Part shown: positions 34,749-42,599 of the stretch, piece by piece
Numbering within the stretch: the first letter of the stretch is position 1
How the letters are laid out: each line of letters opens with the position of its first letter
DNA from: a virus
Taxonomy: Duplodnaviria; Caudoviricetes
DNA: 44,117 bases
Direction: 5' to 3' (one strand)
IMG/VR virus record: IMGVR_UViG_3300037467_001781
Coordinates: 1-44,117 of that record
Position numbers and translations under genes: made by a program
The notes under the pieces: model-generated
What the model was told of the DNA's origin: nothing
What the model saw: only the letters and a program-made list of their open reading frames with translations
The model's database searches: none

Positions 34749-34785
34749 ATTGACCCTTTGCGAGGAAGATGTTCCCATAATGTTC
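34749..34785 (+). promoter_or_regulatory. Second LexA (SOS) box with candidate promoter
   Basis: GTTC-ccataat-GTTC at 34771-34785; TTGACC at 34750 and CATAAT at 34776 (non-canonical spacing). Confidence 0.7.
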
Positions 34786-34830
34786 TTAGTGAAGCCCAGC
34801 GTAAATCAATTGGGGGGTTAGGGATCAGGA

Positions 34831-35106
34831 GTGGCATTTGAAATGGAAAAAGCCGGCTCGGCGGCGGCGGTAAGCCGTCGCTCTGTCTTTTCCGGCCTGT
34901 TCATCGTGGCAGCAGCGGCGGCATCAATTCCTACGACGCGTTCTCAGGCGGCGCGCCAGGACAGGATCAGGAAGGCAGCAGAAGCTTTGGCTTCCGCGAT
35001 GGCGGAAGAGCAAGGCGGCCAATACTGGATCCACATTGATCAGGATTGTGGCGTGACAGCCGTGTCGCGCATCTTCTCGAAAGTGTCGGCGACGCCTTCG
35101 GCATAG
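34831..35106 (+). CDS. SOS-boxed small protein with twin-arginine-like N-terminus (antirepressor candidate)
   Basis: SRRSVF plus hydrophobic stretch, then RIRKAAEALASAMAEEQGGQYWIHID; converges on and overlaps cI. Confidence 0.6.
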   Translation: MAFEMEKAGSAAAVSRRSVFSGLFIVAAAAASIPTTRSQAARQDRIRKAAEALASAMAEEQGGQYWIHIDQDCGVTAVSRIFSKVSATPSA

Positions 35107-35384
35107 TTGACGATCTGCTGGAACAGGCTCGGCGGCGCTCCCTCGAGGCGAGCAAAGACCTTCTCGATGCGGCCCAGCCAGTCGTCGCCTGCGACACCGC
35201 CGGGGCGATTGGCAACCAGCTCGTCATATGCGGCGTTGATCTGATCGCGATGCTCGCCTCGTGGATCGGCGCCGGCCAGCCAGCGGTTTACCGTTGACTG
35301 GGACACTTTGAAATGATCGGCGAGCTTCTGCTGTTGCCAGCCAGTGGCCCGTCTGATCGCCCTGACCTTCTGATCCATCTTCAT
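35040..35384 (-). CDS. CI-like XRE repressor (114 aa) lacking S24 autopeptidase domain
   Basis: HTH VRAIRRATGWQQQKLADHFKVSQSTVNRWLAG; divergent from cro-like gene. Confidence 0.85.
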   Translation of the reverse strand: MKMDQKVRAIRRATGWQQQKLADHFKVSQSTVNRWLAGADPRGEHRDQINAAYDELVANRPGGVAGDDWLGRIEKVFARLEGAPPSLFQQIVNYAEGVADTFEKMRDTAVTPQS

Positions 35385-35418
35385 AGTGCGGACGCTGCCA
35401 CGCTGCCTTGCGGAAGGA

Positions 35419-35480
35419 AAATCCGCATGCGCATAAAATTCCACTTGCGAATTATCCGTATGCGCATAATATCCGCCACC
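35419..35480 (+). promoter_or_regulatory. PR promoter with two 18-bp operators (OR)
   Basis: AAATCCGCATGCGCATAA (35419-35436), TTATCCGTATGCGCATAA (35452-35469); TTGCGA-N16-TAATAT, 8 nt before the cro ATG. Confidence 0.85.
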
Positions 35481-35708
35481 ATGAACGCCATTCGCCATAT
35501 CCGCAGTCATGTGTTCGCCCTCACCCAGGCCGAATTCGCCATCGTTGCCGGCGTGACGCAGGCAACCGTTTCGCGCTGGGAGGCCGGAGTAGCGCCGTCG
35601 CTCGACGATTTGCGCTCGATACGCACCGCCGCTTTGGAGCGCGGATTGGAATGGAACGATTCGTGGTTTTTCGAGACGAATGAAATCGATGGCGAGGAGG
35701 CCGCATGA
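35481..35708 (+). CDS. Cro-like XRE HTH protein
   Basis: MNAIRHIRSHVFALTQAEFAIVAGVTQATVSRWEAG. Confidence 0.88.
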   Translation: MNAIRHIRSHVFALTQAEFAIVAGVTQATVSRWEAGVAPSLDDLRSIRTAALERGLEWNDSWFFETNEIDGEEAA

Positions 35709-36130
35709 CGCTTCTCGCCTCCGCCGACTTCAACGACCGTCTGGTTCCACGCCATGCGCCGGCTTCCCAAGAGCCTGACCGCGCAGCAGCCGCCGGGGTG
35801 AGCGCTCGCACCTCGGCGGCTTTTTCCCATTTCACCGAAACCTGTGGCGATGCCCAATCCTCGCAGCAGGCGGAGACCGCGCCGGAGCACGCCACCCCCT
35901 GCTCCGGCGCGGTCATTCTTTCCGAAGCCTCGCGCTTCATCCTGTCGCTGATCGCCGCCCATGACGGGCGCTGCGAACGCGACGTCCTGGCCAAGATCAT
36001 TGCCGAGGCGGGTGACGCCATCGGCATCCCGGCGCTGCTGACGCGCGGCGCCGACGACATCGGAGATATCGCTTCCCTGCCGGGTTACGCCCGCAAGGCG
36101 GCGAACCGTTTCAGGAGCGGCGGACCATGA
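35705..36130 (+). CDS. Hypothetical protein (141 aa)
   Basis: ATGA coupling with cro; GAGGAGG RBS. Confidence 0.6.
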   Translation: MTLLASADFNDRLVPRHAPASQEPDRAAAAGVSARTSAAFSHFTETCGDAQSSQQAETAPEHATPCSGAVILSEASRFILSLIAAHDGRCERDVLAKIIAEAGDAIGIPALLTRGADDIGDIASLPGYARKAANRFRSGGP

Positions 36131-36256
36131 GAACATCTTGTTGCGGGCCTCCATGAAGTAACGCCCGCACACTGAATCAACTGACCATGTCCCTCTACGG
36201 GAAACGCCGATGGGTTTTCCCGTCGCGTGAAAGCTTTTGTCTGAGGAGGCCAAGCT

Positions 36257-36739
36257 TTGAGCGAATTCACCAAGAAATGGCAGCAGCGCCTGCTGGCCGC
36301 GCAGGAAGACCTGATCGATGCCAGCGGCGGCGTCGCCCGCGTCATGGAAGTGACCGGATATTCGCGTGGCCAGGTCGGCCGCTGGCATGGCGGCATGGAC
36401 CGCGCCTTCATGCCGATCCCCGTCGTGCTGGCGCTCGAAGAGAACCGGCGCCCGTATGTGACGCAGGTGATGGCCGAGTTCAACGGCAGGGCGCTGACCG
36501 ATGCCGCCGATCGCGGCGAGCGCATCGCCAATCTTTCGGAACAGGTTGCCGACCTGGTCGAGCAGGCCGGGCATCTCGTCGTGCAGACGGTGAAGGCGCG
36601 CGCCGACGGCATCGTGACGCCGACGGAGGCGACGCTGCTGCGGGGCATCTCGACCAAGATCGCCAATCTCAATGCCGAGATCGACGACGCGCTTGCCGGC
36701 GTCGTTGCCGGCGGCGGGCTGAAGGTGGTGGGCGAATAG
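36257..36739 (+). CDS. CII-like phage regulatory protein
   Basis: LIDASGG...YSRGQVGRW...FMPIPVVLALE...PYVTQVMA...ADGIVTPTEA; GAGGAGG RBS before TTG. Confidence 0.7.
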   Translation: MSEFTKKWQQRLLAAQEDLIDASGGVARVMEVTGYSRGQVGRWHGGMDRAFMPIPVVLALEENRRPYVTQVMAEFNGRALTDAADRGERIANLSEQVADLVEQAGHLVVQTVKARADGIVTPTEATLLRGISTKIANLNAEIDDALAGVVAGGGLKVVGE

Positions 36740-36741
36740 CC

Positions 36742-37363
36742 ATGTCCACGCGCCACTTCCCCTCGGGCCGGATCCAGCATGGCGACCGCACCGTCGCCAC
36801 GATGGTGATCGAGTGCAAGTGCGGGGTCGTGGCGCATTTCAAGCAGACAGGCAGCACGCGCAAGCCGCCGGAGGCTGCCGAGCAATATTTTCGCGGGCAT
36901 GGCTGGACGGTCGGCGCGCGCGCCACCGCCGACCGGTGCCCCGACTGCACCGCGCGTCTTTCCAAACCCGTTCTGAAGGTAGTTCCCATGGAGCCCAAGC
37001 CGGAAGCGCCGCGCGAGATGTCGCGCGAGGACCGCCGCATCATCTTCGCCAAGGTCGACGAACTCTATCTCGACGACAAGACGGGCTATACCCCCCCCCT
37101 GGACCGACTCCGCTGTAGCGCGCGACCTCGGCGTGCCGCGCGCCTGGGTGGCGCAGGTGCGCGAGGAACTGTTCGGCCCGGAAGGCTCGAACGCCGAGTT
37201 CGACGACTTCCTCGCCAGGGCCGCGCCGATCATCGCCGACATGAAGAACCTGTGCCGCTCGGCATCGGCGCAGCTCGAAGAGGCGCGCCGGCTTAGCGAG
37301 CGGATCGACGAGCTTGAGCGCAGCGCCAAGCGCATCGAGCGCGAGATCGGCAAGGCTTCCTGA
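36742..37363 (+). pseudogene. Zn-ribbon/HTH/coiled-coil early gene interrupted by +1 frameshift in a C9 tract
   Basis: CKC...CPDC N-terminus; removing one C at 37091-37099 gives GYTPPWTDSAVARDLGVPRAWVAQVREELFG... through to stop 37363. Confidence 0.75.
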
Positions 37364-37401
37364 GTTCCTGCGTCAACCTGTTCAACCCTTGGAGAAAAGC
37401 C

Positions 37402-37761
37402 ATGAGCCGCGTGCTCCGTACCTTCCGTGAAATGCTTGGCCTGCTGTCACGTGGCGATTTCTCGCGCCATTGCGACAAGCTGCTGAACGAAGCCATCCTC
37501 GCCGTCGAGGAATGCCCTGCCGACAAGTGCAAGGCCGAAATCGTCGTCAAGATCACGCTCGACTATGAGCTTGGCCGCATCGACATCAAGGCCGACGCCA
37601 AGTCGAAACTGCCCGACACCGTCAAGTTCATGAAGACGCCGTTCTGGACCGTCGACGGCCAGCTTTCGGTCGAACACCCGAACCAGATCGACATGTTCCC
37701 GCCGCAGCGCAAGCGCGCCGAGGCGGCGGACGATGACGACGACGAGCGCGAAACCGCCTGA
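37402..37761 (+). CDS. Hypothetical protein (partner upstream of DUF2303)
   Basis: GGAG RBS; KSKLP...FWTVDGQLSVEHPNQIDMF. Confidence 0.8.
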   Translation: MSRVLRTFREMLGLLSRGDFSRHCDKLLNEAILAVEECPADKCKAEIVVKITLDYELGRIDIKADAKSKLPDTVKFMKTPFWTVDGQLSVEHPNQIDMFPPQRKRAEAADDDDDERETA

Positions 37762-37806
37762 TCTTCCCAAAGCCTGCAACCAAGTCAAACCTGAGAGGAA
37801 TTTCGC

Positions 37807-38742
37807 ATGTCCAAGAATGATGACGCACCGCTCGATGCCCACGGCATCGACCTGGTCAGCAAGCTCGCCACCGAAGCCGTCGACCCGTTTCTGTTGCTGG
37901 TCGACACCAAAGGCCTGTCGGCCGGCCTTCCGGATACTTTACCAGTCGCCTTCGACCGCAAGTCGCAGAGCTTCAAGTCGATCAAGAACCTGATCGAGGA
38001 ATTCCGCCTGGCGCCTGACCGGCGCAAGGGCACCGCCACGGTCGAGACGCTGGCGAGCTTCATCGAACTGACGAAGCGCCACATGGATGGCTGGTCGGCG
38101 CTGTTCGGCAAGACGGTCTGGCCTGATCCGAAGCTCACGGCGGTTCTCGATTATGATGCCTTTGGTTCAGAGGCACGCAACCGCTCGCATCGCATTGTCT
38201 ACGCTTTCCCGTTGACGGAGGAGTTTAAGGCATGGGTCGGCGGCAATGCCAAGCCGATGCCGCAGGACGTGTTCGCGGCCTTCCTCGAGGAGCACGCCGC
38301 CGAGCTTGCCGCGCCGACGGACGGCGAGCGCAGCGAATACGAGCGGCTGTTTAACGAGAAGATGGCGACGCCGTCGGAAGTGGTGGCGCTCTCGCGGCAT
38401 CTGGAAGTGTTCGTGGCGGCCCGGGTCAAGAACGGCGTGCGCCTGCAGACCGGCGAGCGCACCGTCGAGTTCACCGAAGAGCACCAGAACTCCAAGGGCG
38501 AGGCGGTGATCATCCCCGGCGTGTTCATGGTGTCGGTGCCGGCCTTCGTCGACGGCGACGCCGTGCGCATCCCTGCCCGGCTGCGCTACCGCATCGTCTC
38601 CGGCGACATCAAATGGTTCTATCAGCTCTATCGCTGGGAATTCTATCTGCGCGAACAGGTCGGCCATGACCTCAAGCATGCCTCCAACGAAACCGGCCTG
38701 CCTGCCTTCGAAGGCGCGCCCGAATCGGGGTCGCCGGCCTGA
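37807..38742 (+). CDS. DUF2303 (YfdQ-like) family protein
   Basis: RRKGTATVETLASFIEL, LTAVLDY, MPQDVFAAFLEEH, IPARLRYRI. Confidence 0.85.
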   Translation: MSKNDDAPLDAHGIDLVSKLATEAVDPFLLLVDTKGLSAGLPDTLPVAFDRKSQSFKSIKNLIEEFRLAPDRRKGTATVETLASFIELTKRHMDGWSALFGKTVWPDPKLTAVLDYDAFGSEARNRSHRIVYAFPLTEEFKAWVGGNAKPMPQDVFAAFLEEHAAELAAPTDGERSEYERLFNEKMATPSEVVALSRHLEVFVAARVKNGVRLQTGERTVEFTEEHQNSKGEAVIIPGVFMVSVPAFVDGDAVRIPARLRYRIVSGDIKWFYQLYRWEFYLREQVGHDLKHASNETGLPAFEGAPESGSPA

Positions 38743-40100
38743 TGATCAAGGCGCAGGCCCTGGCAATCGCTGCGGCAAAGCCGCTGCCGTCTCTGGTCGA
38801 AGAGGCGGCGGCGGCGCTTTCGCGCGCCAAGACGGCGGCGGAAGTGCTCGACGCGCGCGACAAGGCGGGCGTGGCCTATGACAAAGCCAAATGGACCGCG
38901 CGCCTGCAGAAGGCTTGCCTTGCTCATGATGAACTCGTCGCCGCAACCTATCGCGTGCAGGCTGACGCATTGGAAATCGAGAGCCTGGCCAAGCGCCGAC
39001 TGGCCGACGAATATGACGCCGCGCAGGAGCGCGGCGAGGTGCAGAAGGCCGGCGGCAACCGCCGGAACAAAATTCCCGCCGGGAATAATGAACCGGCCAC
39101 GGCTGCCGAGATAGGCATTCCGAGCAAGCAGATTCACGACGCTCGCCAGGTGCGCAGCGCCATCGCGAAAAATCCGACGATCGTGCGCGAGGCGCTGGAC
39201 GATATCCTTGCCAGCGGCGACGAGCCGACCCGGGCGGCGCTGAAGCGCGCCATCGCGCCGGCGGTCAAGACGATCCGCGCCGAGGCGCAGGCCGAAAAGA
39301 AGGAACGGCGCAGCGTCCGCGAGGTCGAGCTTGCCGCCAGCCAGACGGCGCTGCCGGCGAAGAAATACGGCGTCATTTATGCCGATCCGGAATGGCAGTT
39401 CGATCCCTATTCGACCGAAACCGGCATGGATCGAGCCGCCGACAATCACTATCCGACGAGCACGCTGCTGACGCTGATGAAGCGCGATGTCGGGGCTCTG
39501 GCCGCCAAGGATTGCGTGCTGTTCCTGTGGGCGACCGTGCCGATGCTGGTCGAGGCGATCTGCGTGCTCGACGCGTGGGGCTTCGCCTGGATCGAGCGCG
39601 ACCCGAACACCGGCTATCTGGCGCCGAACAAGGCACATGCCCGCTACGTGTCGCATTGGGCGTGGCTCAAGAACCGCGTCGGCACCGGCTATTGGGCGCG
39701 GGGAAAACACGAAATCCTGCTGATCGCCACGCGCGGCAACCCGGTGGCGCCGGCCATGGGCGACCAGCTTGAAAGCTGGTGCGACGACATGGCGGTGGAA
39801 GCCGATGTCGGCCGCCACTCGGCCAAGCCCGACGTGTTCGCCGCATGGATCGAGCAGCACTGGCCGAACACGCCAAAGATCGAACTCAACGCCCGCCAGG
39901 CGCGCCCGGGCTGGGACCGCTGGGGGAATGAATCCGAGCGGGGAGCGCCGCGAGAGGACAAGCCGCAAGCGAGCGGAGAATGCCCCGAAGCCCCTCCTGC
40001 TGACGTGAAGCCCGCCGCCGCGGTCGACAGCGCGCCGGGTCAGCAGGCAACAGCGGTAACCCCTCGCAAGGCGCGCCGCGCCAAGACGGTGGCGGCATGA
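38742..40100 (+). CDS. MT-A70 family adenine methyltransferase with N-terminal helical/HTH extension
   Basis: KYGVIYADPEW, NHYPT, VLFLWAT, GTGYWARGKHEILLIATRG, HSAKP, ELNARQARPGWDRWGNE. Confidence 0.9.
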   Translation: MIKAQALAIAAAKPLPSLVEEAAAALSRAKTAAEVLDARDKAGVAYDKAKWTARLQKACLAHDELVAATYRVQADALEIESLAKRRLADEYDAAQERGEVQKAGGNRRNKIPAGNNEPATAAEIGIPSKQIHDARQVRSAIAKNPTIVREALDDILASGDEPTRAALKRAIAPAVKTIRAEAQAEKKERRSVREVELAASQTALPAKKYGVIYADPEWQFDPYSTETGMDRAADNHYPTSTLLTLMKRDVGALAAKDCVLFLWATVPMLVEAICVLDAWGFAWIERDPNTGYLAPNKAHARYVSHWAWLKNRVGTGYWARGKHEILLIATRGNPVAPAMGDQLESWCDDMAVEADVGRHSAKPDVFAAWIEQHWPNTPKIELNARQARPGWDRWGNESERGAPREDKPQASGECPEAPPADVKPAAAVDSAPGQQATAVTPRKARRAKTVAA

Positions 40101-41146
40101 GCGTGCGCATCATCGAGGGCGATTGCCGTGCTGTTTTGGCTGGTCTGCCCGACGGGTCGGTCAACTGTTGCGTGACGTCGCCGCCTTATTTCGGGCTACG
40201 CGATTACGGCGTTGAAGGTCAGATCGGGCTGGAAGAGACGCCGGATGCCTTCGTCGCCGAGATGGTGGCCGTGTTCACCGAGGTGCGGCGCGTGCTGCGC
40301 GATGACGGCACCTTGTGGATGAATCTTGGCGACAGCTATGCGGGTTCATGGGGTTCGCAAGGGCATCGCATCAACGACAGCACCGATGAGTCGTGGCGCG
40401 GGTCGCAGATCAAGAACCATCCGAAGCGGGCTTCGCGAACCGGCAGCATTCGCCAGGACGGTCTCAAGCCGAAAGACCTGATCGGGATACCGTGGCGGGT
40501 GGCTTTCGCCCTGCAGGCGCATGGCTGGTATCTGCGCCAGGATATCATCTGGTCGAAGCCGAATCCGATGCCGGAAAGTGTCACTGACCGGTGCACGAAG
40601 GCGCACGAATACCTTTTCCTGCTGACCAAGAGCCAGCGCTACCATTTCGACAGCGAGGCAATCGCCGAGCCGCTCGCCATCGCAAGCATATCGCGGCTTG
40701 CTCAAGATGTGGCCGGCCAGACCGGCAGCGACAGGGTTCCTGGCAAGACCAATGGCAAGATGAAGGCCGTTGGCAAGTCCGGCAATAAAGAACGAAAGCC
40801 TGGCAGTGCGCGCGGATGTCCCGAGGGCAACGGCTCGAATGTGTGCGGGTCGGTGCCGTGGGAGGGGTCGACCCGCAACAAGCGCTCGGTCTGGACTGTC
40901 GCCACACAGCCGTTCAAGGAAGCGCATTTCGCGACCTTCCCGCCCGATTTGATCGAGCCTTGCATTCTGGCTGGCTGTCCAGGGGGGGGCATCGTGCTTG
41001 ATCCCTTCGGCGGCGCCGGCACGACCGGCCTCGTTGCTGACCGCCTGCAGCGCGACGCCATCCTGATCGAACTGAATCCGGCCTATGCCGAGATGGCACG
41101 CAAGCGCATCGCGGCCGACGCCGGCTTGTTCGGAGCGGTCGCATGA
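40097..41146 (+). CDS. N4-cytosine/N6-adenine DNA methyltransferase (beta class)
   Basis: VTSPPY motif IV, HFATFP, VLDPFGGAGTTG motif I, IELNPAY. Confidence 0.93.
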   Translation: MSVRIIEGDCRAVLAGLPDGSVNCCVTSPPYFGLRDYGVEGQIGLEETPDAFVAEMVAVFTEVRRVLRDDGTLWMNLGDSYAGSWGSQGHRINDSTDESWRGSQIKNHPKRASRTGSIRQDGLKPKDLIGIPWRVAFALQAHGWYLRQDIIWSKPNPMPESVTDRCTKAHEYLFLLTKSQRYHFDSEAIAEPLAIASISRLAQDVAGQTGSDRVPGKTNGKMKAVGKSGNKERKPGSARGCPEGNGSNVCGSVPWEGSTRNKRSVWTVATQPFKEAHFATFPPDLIEPCILAGCPGGGIVLDPFGGAGTTGLVADRLQRDAILIELNPAYAEMARKRIAADAGLFGAVA

Positions 41147-41424
41147 GCGTCCCCTCCTTCTCGCCCGCCATGCTGCAGCTCTTTCTCTATGCCCATTGCG
41201 TCGCCGCGCATGCGCGCGCCCCGCGGCTGAAGTTCCAGACCGCTGCCGACCGTGAAAAGGCCCGGCTGCGCAAGCTGGCGCGCATCACCGTCAACCAGAT
41301 GCATTCGGCATGGATGGGCAGGTTGCCGACGCCCGAGCCGCGCGCGCGGCTGTGGGCTGTGCTAGGCCATTTCCCATCCGACTTCGGCGTGGTGCTGACC
41401 CATGGAGGTCAGGAGCATGGCTGA
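41143..41424 (+). CDS. Hypothetical protein (93 aa)
   Basis: ATGA coupling; operon position. Confidence 0.7.
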   Translation: MSVPSFSPAMLQLFLYAHCVAAHARAPRLKFQTAADREKARLRKLARITVNQMHSAWMGRLPTPEPRARLWAVLGHFPSDFGVVLTHGGQEHG

Positions 41425-41737
41425 GATCGCCTTCCATCAGTTCGCCGCCGCATTTCAGAATCGGCTCGACCAGATCGGCTATTCGCTGCGTGTTGCTGAG
41501 CAGAAGTGGCCGGAAACCGACCGGGCGATGCTGTCGCGCGCGATCAACGGCAAGACGCTGTCGGCCGGCAATTACCTGCTGCTTTGCGAATATGCCGGGC
41601 TCGACCCGTATCTCTATCTCGGGCGCAACCCGCGCCGCCGCACGACCGTAAAAACCATTCTGGATCATATGGTTACACCATCCGTCGCACGTGAAACGCG
41701 CGACGATATCGCAAGCATGAGGGTCAATCGCAGATGA
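41417..41737 (+). CDS. Putative XRE-like HTH protein
   Basis: YSLRVAEQ...TDRAMLSRAINGKTLSAGNYLLLCEYAGLDP; AGGAG RBS. Confidence 0.7.
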   Translation: MAEIAFHQFAAAFQNRLDQIGYSLRVAEQKWPETDRAMLSRAINGKTLSAGNYLLLCEYAGLDPYLYLGRNPRRRTTVKTILDHMVTPSVARETRDDIASMRVNRR

Positions 41738-42021
41738 CGCATTCCACCGAAAGCCTCGATCCTCATGTGCGCATGATGCGCGATGCCGAAGACGATGCGG
41801 CGCGCGCGCAAGTGCTGCTTTCCGCGCCGGTCTTCACGCTGATGCGCTGGCGCTCGACCTTCGTCACCTATTGCCGCCGCGCCGCCTTCCGCGAGGGCGA
41901 GCACTATCTCGACATGCTGGCCGAGACGCTGTCGAAGCCACGCCATCGCGGGAATCTCGGCGGCACCATGCCGATGGCCGGTGCGACGGCGACCCTTCTC
42001 AGCTTCGTGGACAGGCTTTGA
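41734..42021 (+). CDS. Hypothetical protein (95 aa)
   Basis: ATGA coupling. Confidence 0.65.
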   Translation: MTHSTESLDPHVRMMRDAEDDAARAQVLLSAPVFTLMRWRSTFVTYCRRAAFREGEHYLDMLAETLSKPRHRGNLGGTMPMAGATATLLSFVDRL

Positions 42022-42023
42022 TC

Positions 42024-42599
42024 ATGGCCGAGGCTGCTCTTCGCAAACTCGACCGTGACTTGCCGCGCCTCGACATGCGGTCGCCGCGCCTACGCGACAA
42101 GCAGGCAAAGCGGCTTGTGCCAGCGAAGCCGAAGGCACGGTCGCGTATGACCGATCGCGAGAAGCGGCGTGCGGATGCCGCCATGCATGCCGCCCTGCTC
42201 GCCGTCGATCGCGCGAAGGAACTGGCCGAGGCCAATGTCGCGCGCGCGGCTGCCATCATCGACGACGCCGAACAGCGCGCCGCTGAGATCATCGCAGCGG
42301 CCGAGACCGAGGCAGCAGAGATATTGAAGCGCGGCGGCGTGCCTGTTCGCGAGATCATCCTCGAAGTGGCCAGGCGCCACGATGTCGACCCGGAACTTAT
42401 CACCGGCCGGTCGCACAATGCCCGCATCGTCGCCATTCGGTACGAGGCGATATCGCTGGCGCATCTGCGCCGTCCGGACATGACGCTGCCGCAGCTCGCC
42501 CGCGCCTTCGGCGACCGCGACCACACCACCATCCTGCACGCGCTGAAAAAGACCGGGGCATATCTCGGCCGCAAAGCGATTTATGGCGAGAGGGAATGA
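42024..42599 (+). CDS. Protein with DnaA C-terminal (domain IV) HTH
   Basis: IILEVARRHDV...ITGRSH...MTLPQLARAFGDRDHTTILHALKK matches the DnaA signature RDHTTV. Confidence 0.88.
   Translation: MAEAALRKLDRDLPRLDMRSPRLRDKQAKRLVPAKPKARSRMTDREKRRADAAMHAALLAVDRAKELAEANVARAAAIIDDAEQRAAEIIAAAETEAAEILKRGGVPVREIILEVARRHDVDPELITGRSHNARIVAIRYEAISLAHLRRPDMTLPQLARAFGDRDHTTILHALKKTGAYLGRKAIYGERE

Noticed and set aside
35690-35708. C-terminal AA ClpXP degrons on Cro, TerL, MT-A70 and others
   Set aside because: Equally explained by overlapping SD plus ATGA coupling (GAGGCCGCATGA); cannot be supported from sequence alone
36187-37296. 369-aa ORF as a single gene
   Set aside because: Chimera of a shadow frame over the cII-like gene, the real N-half from 36742 and post-frameshift junk
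38742-41146. Restriction-modification system
   Set aside because: No restriction endonuclease motif nearby; MTases appear to be orphans
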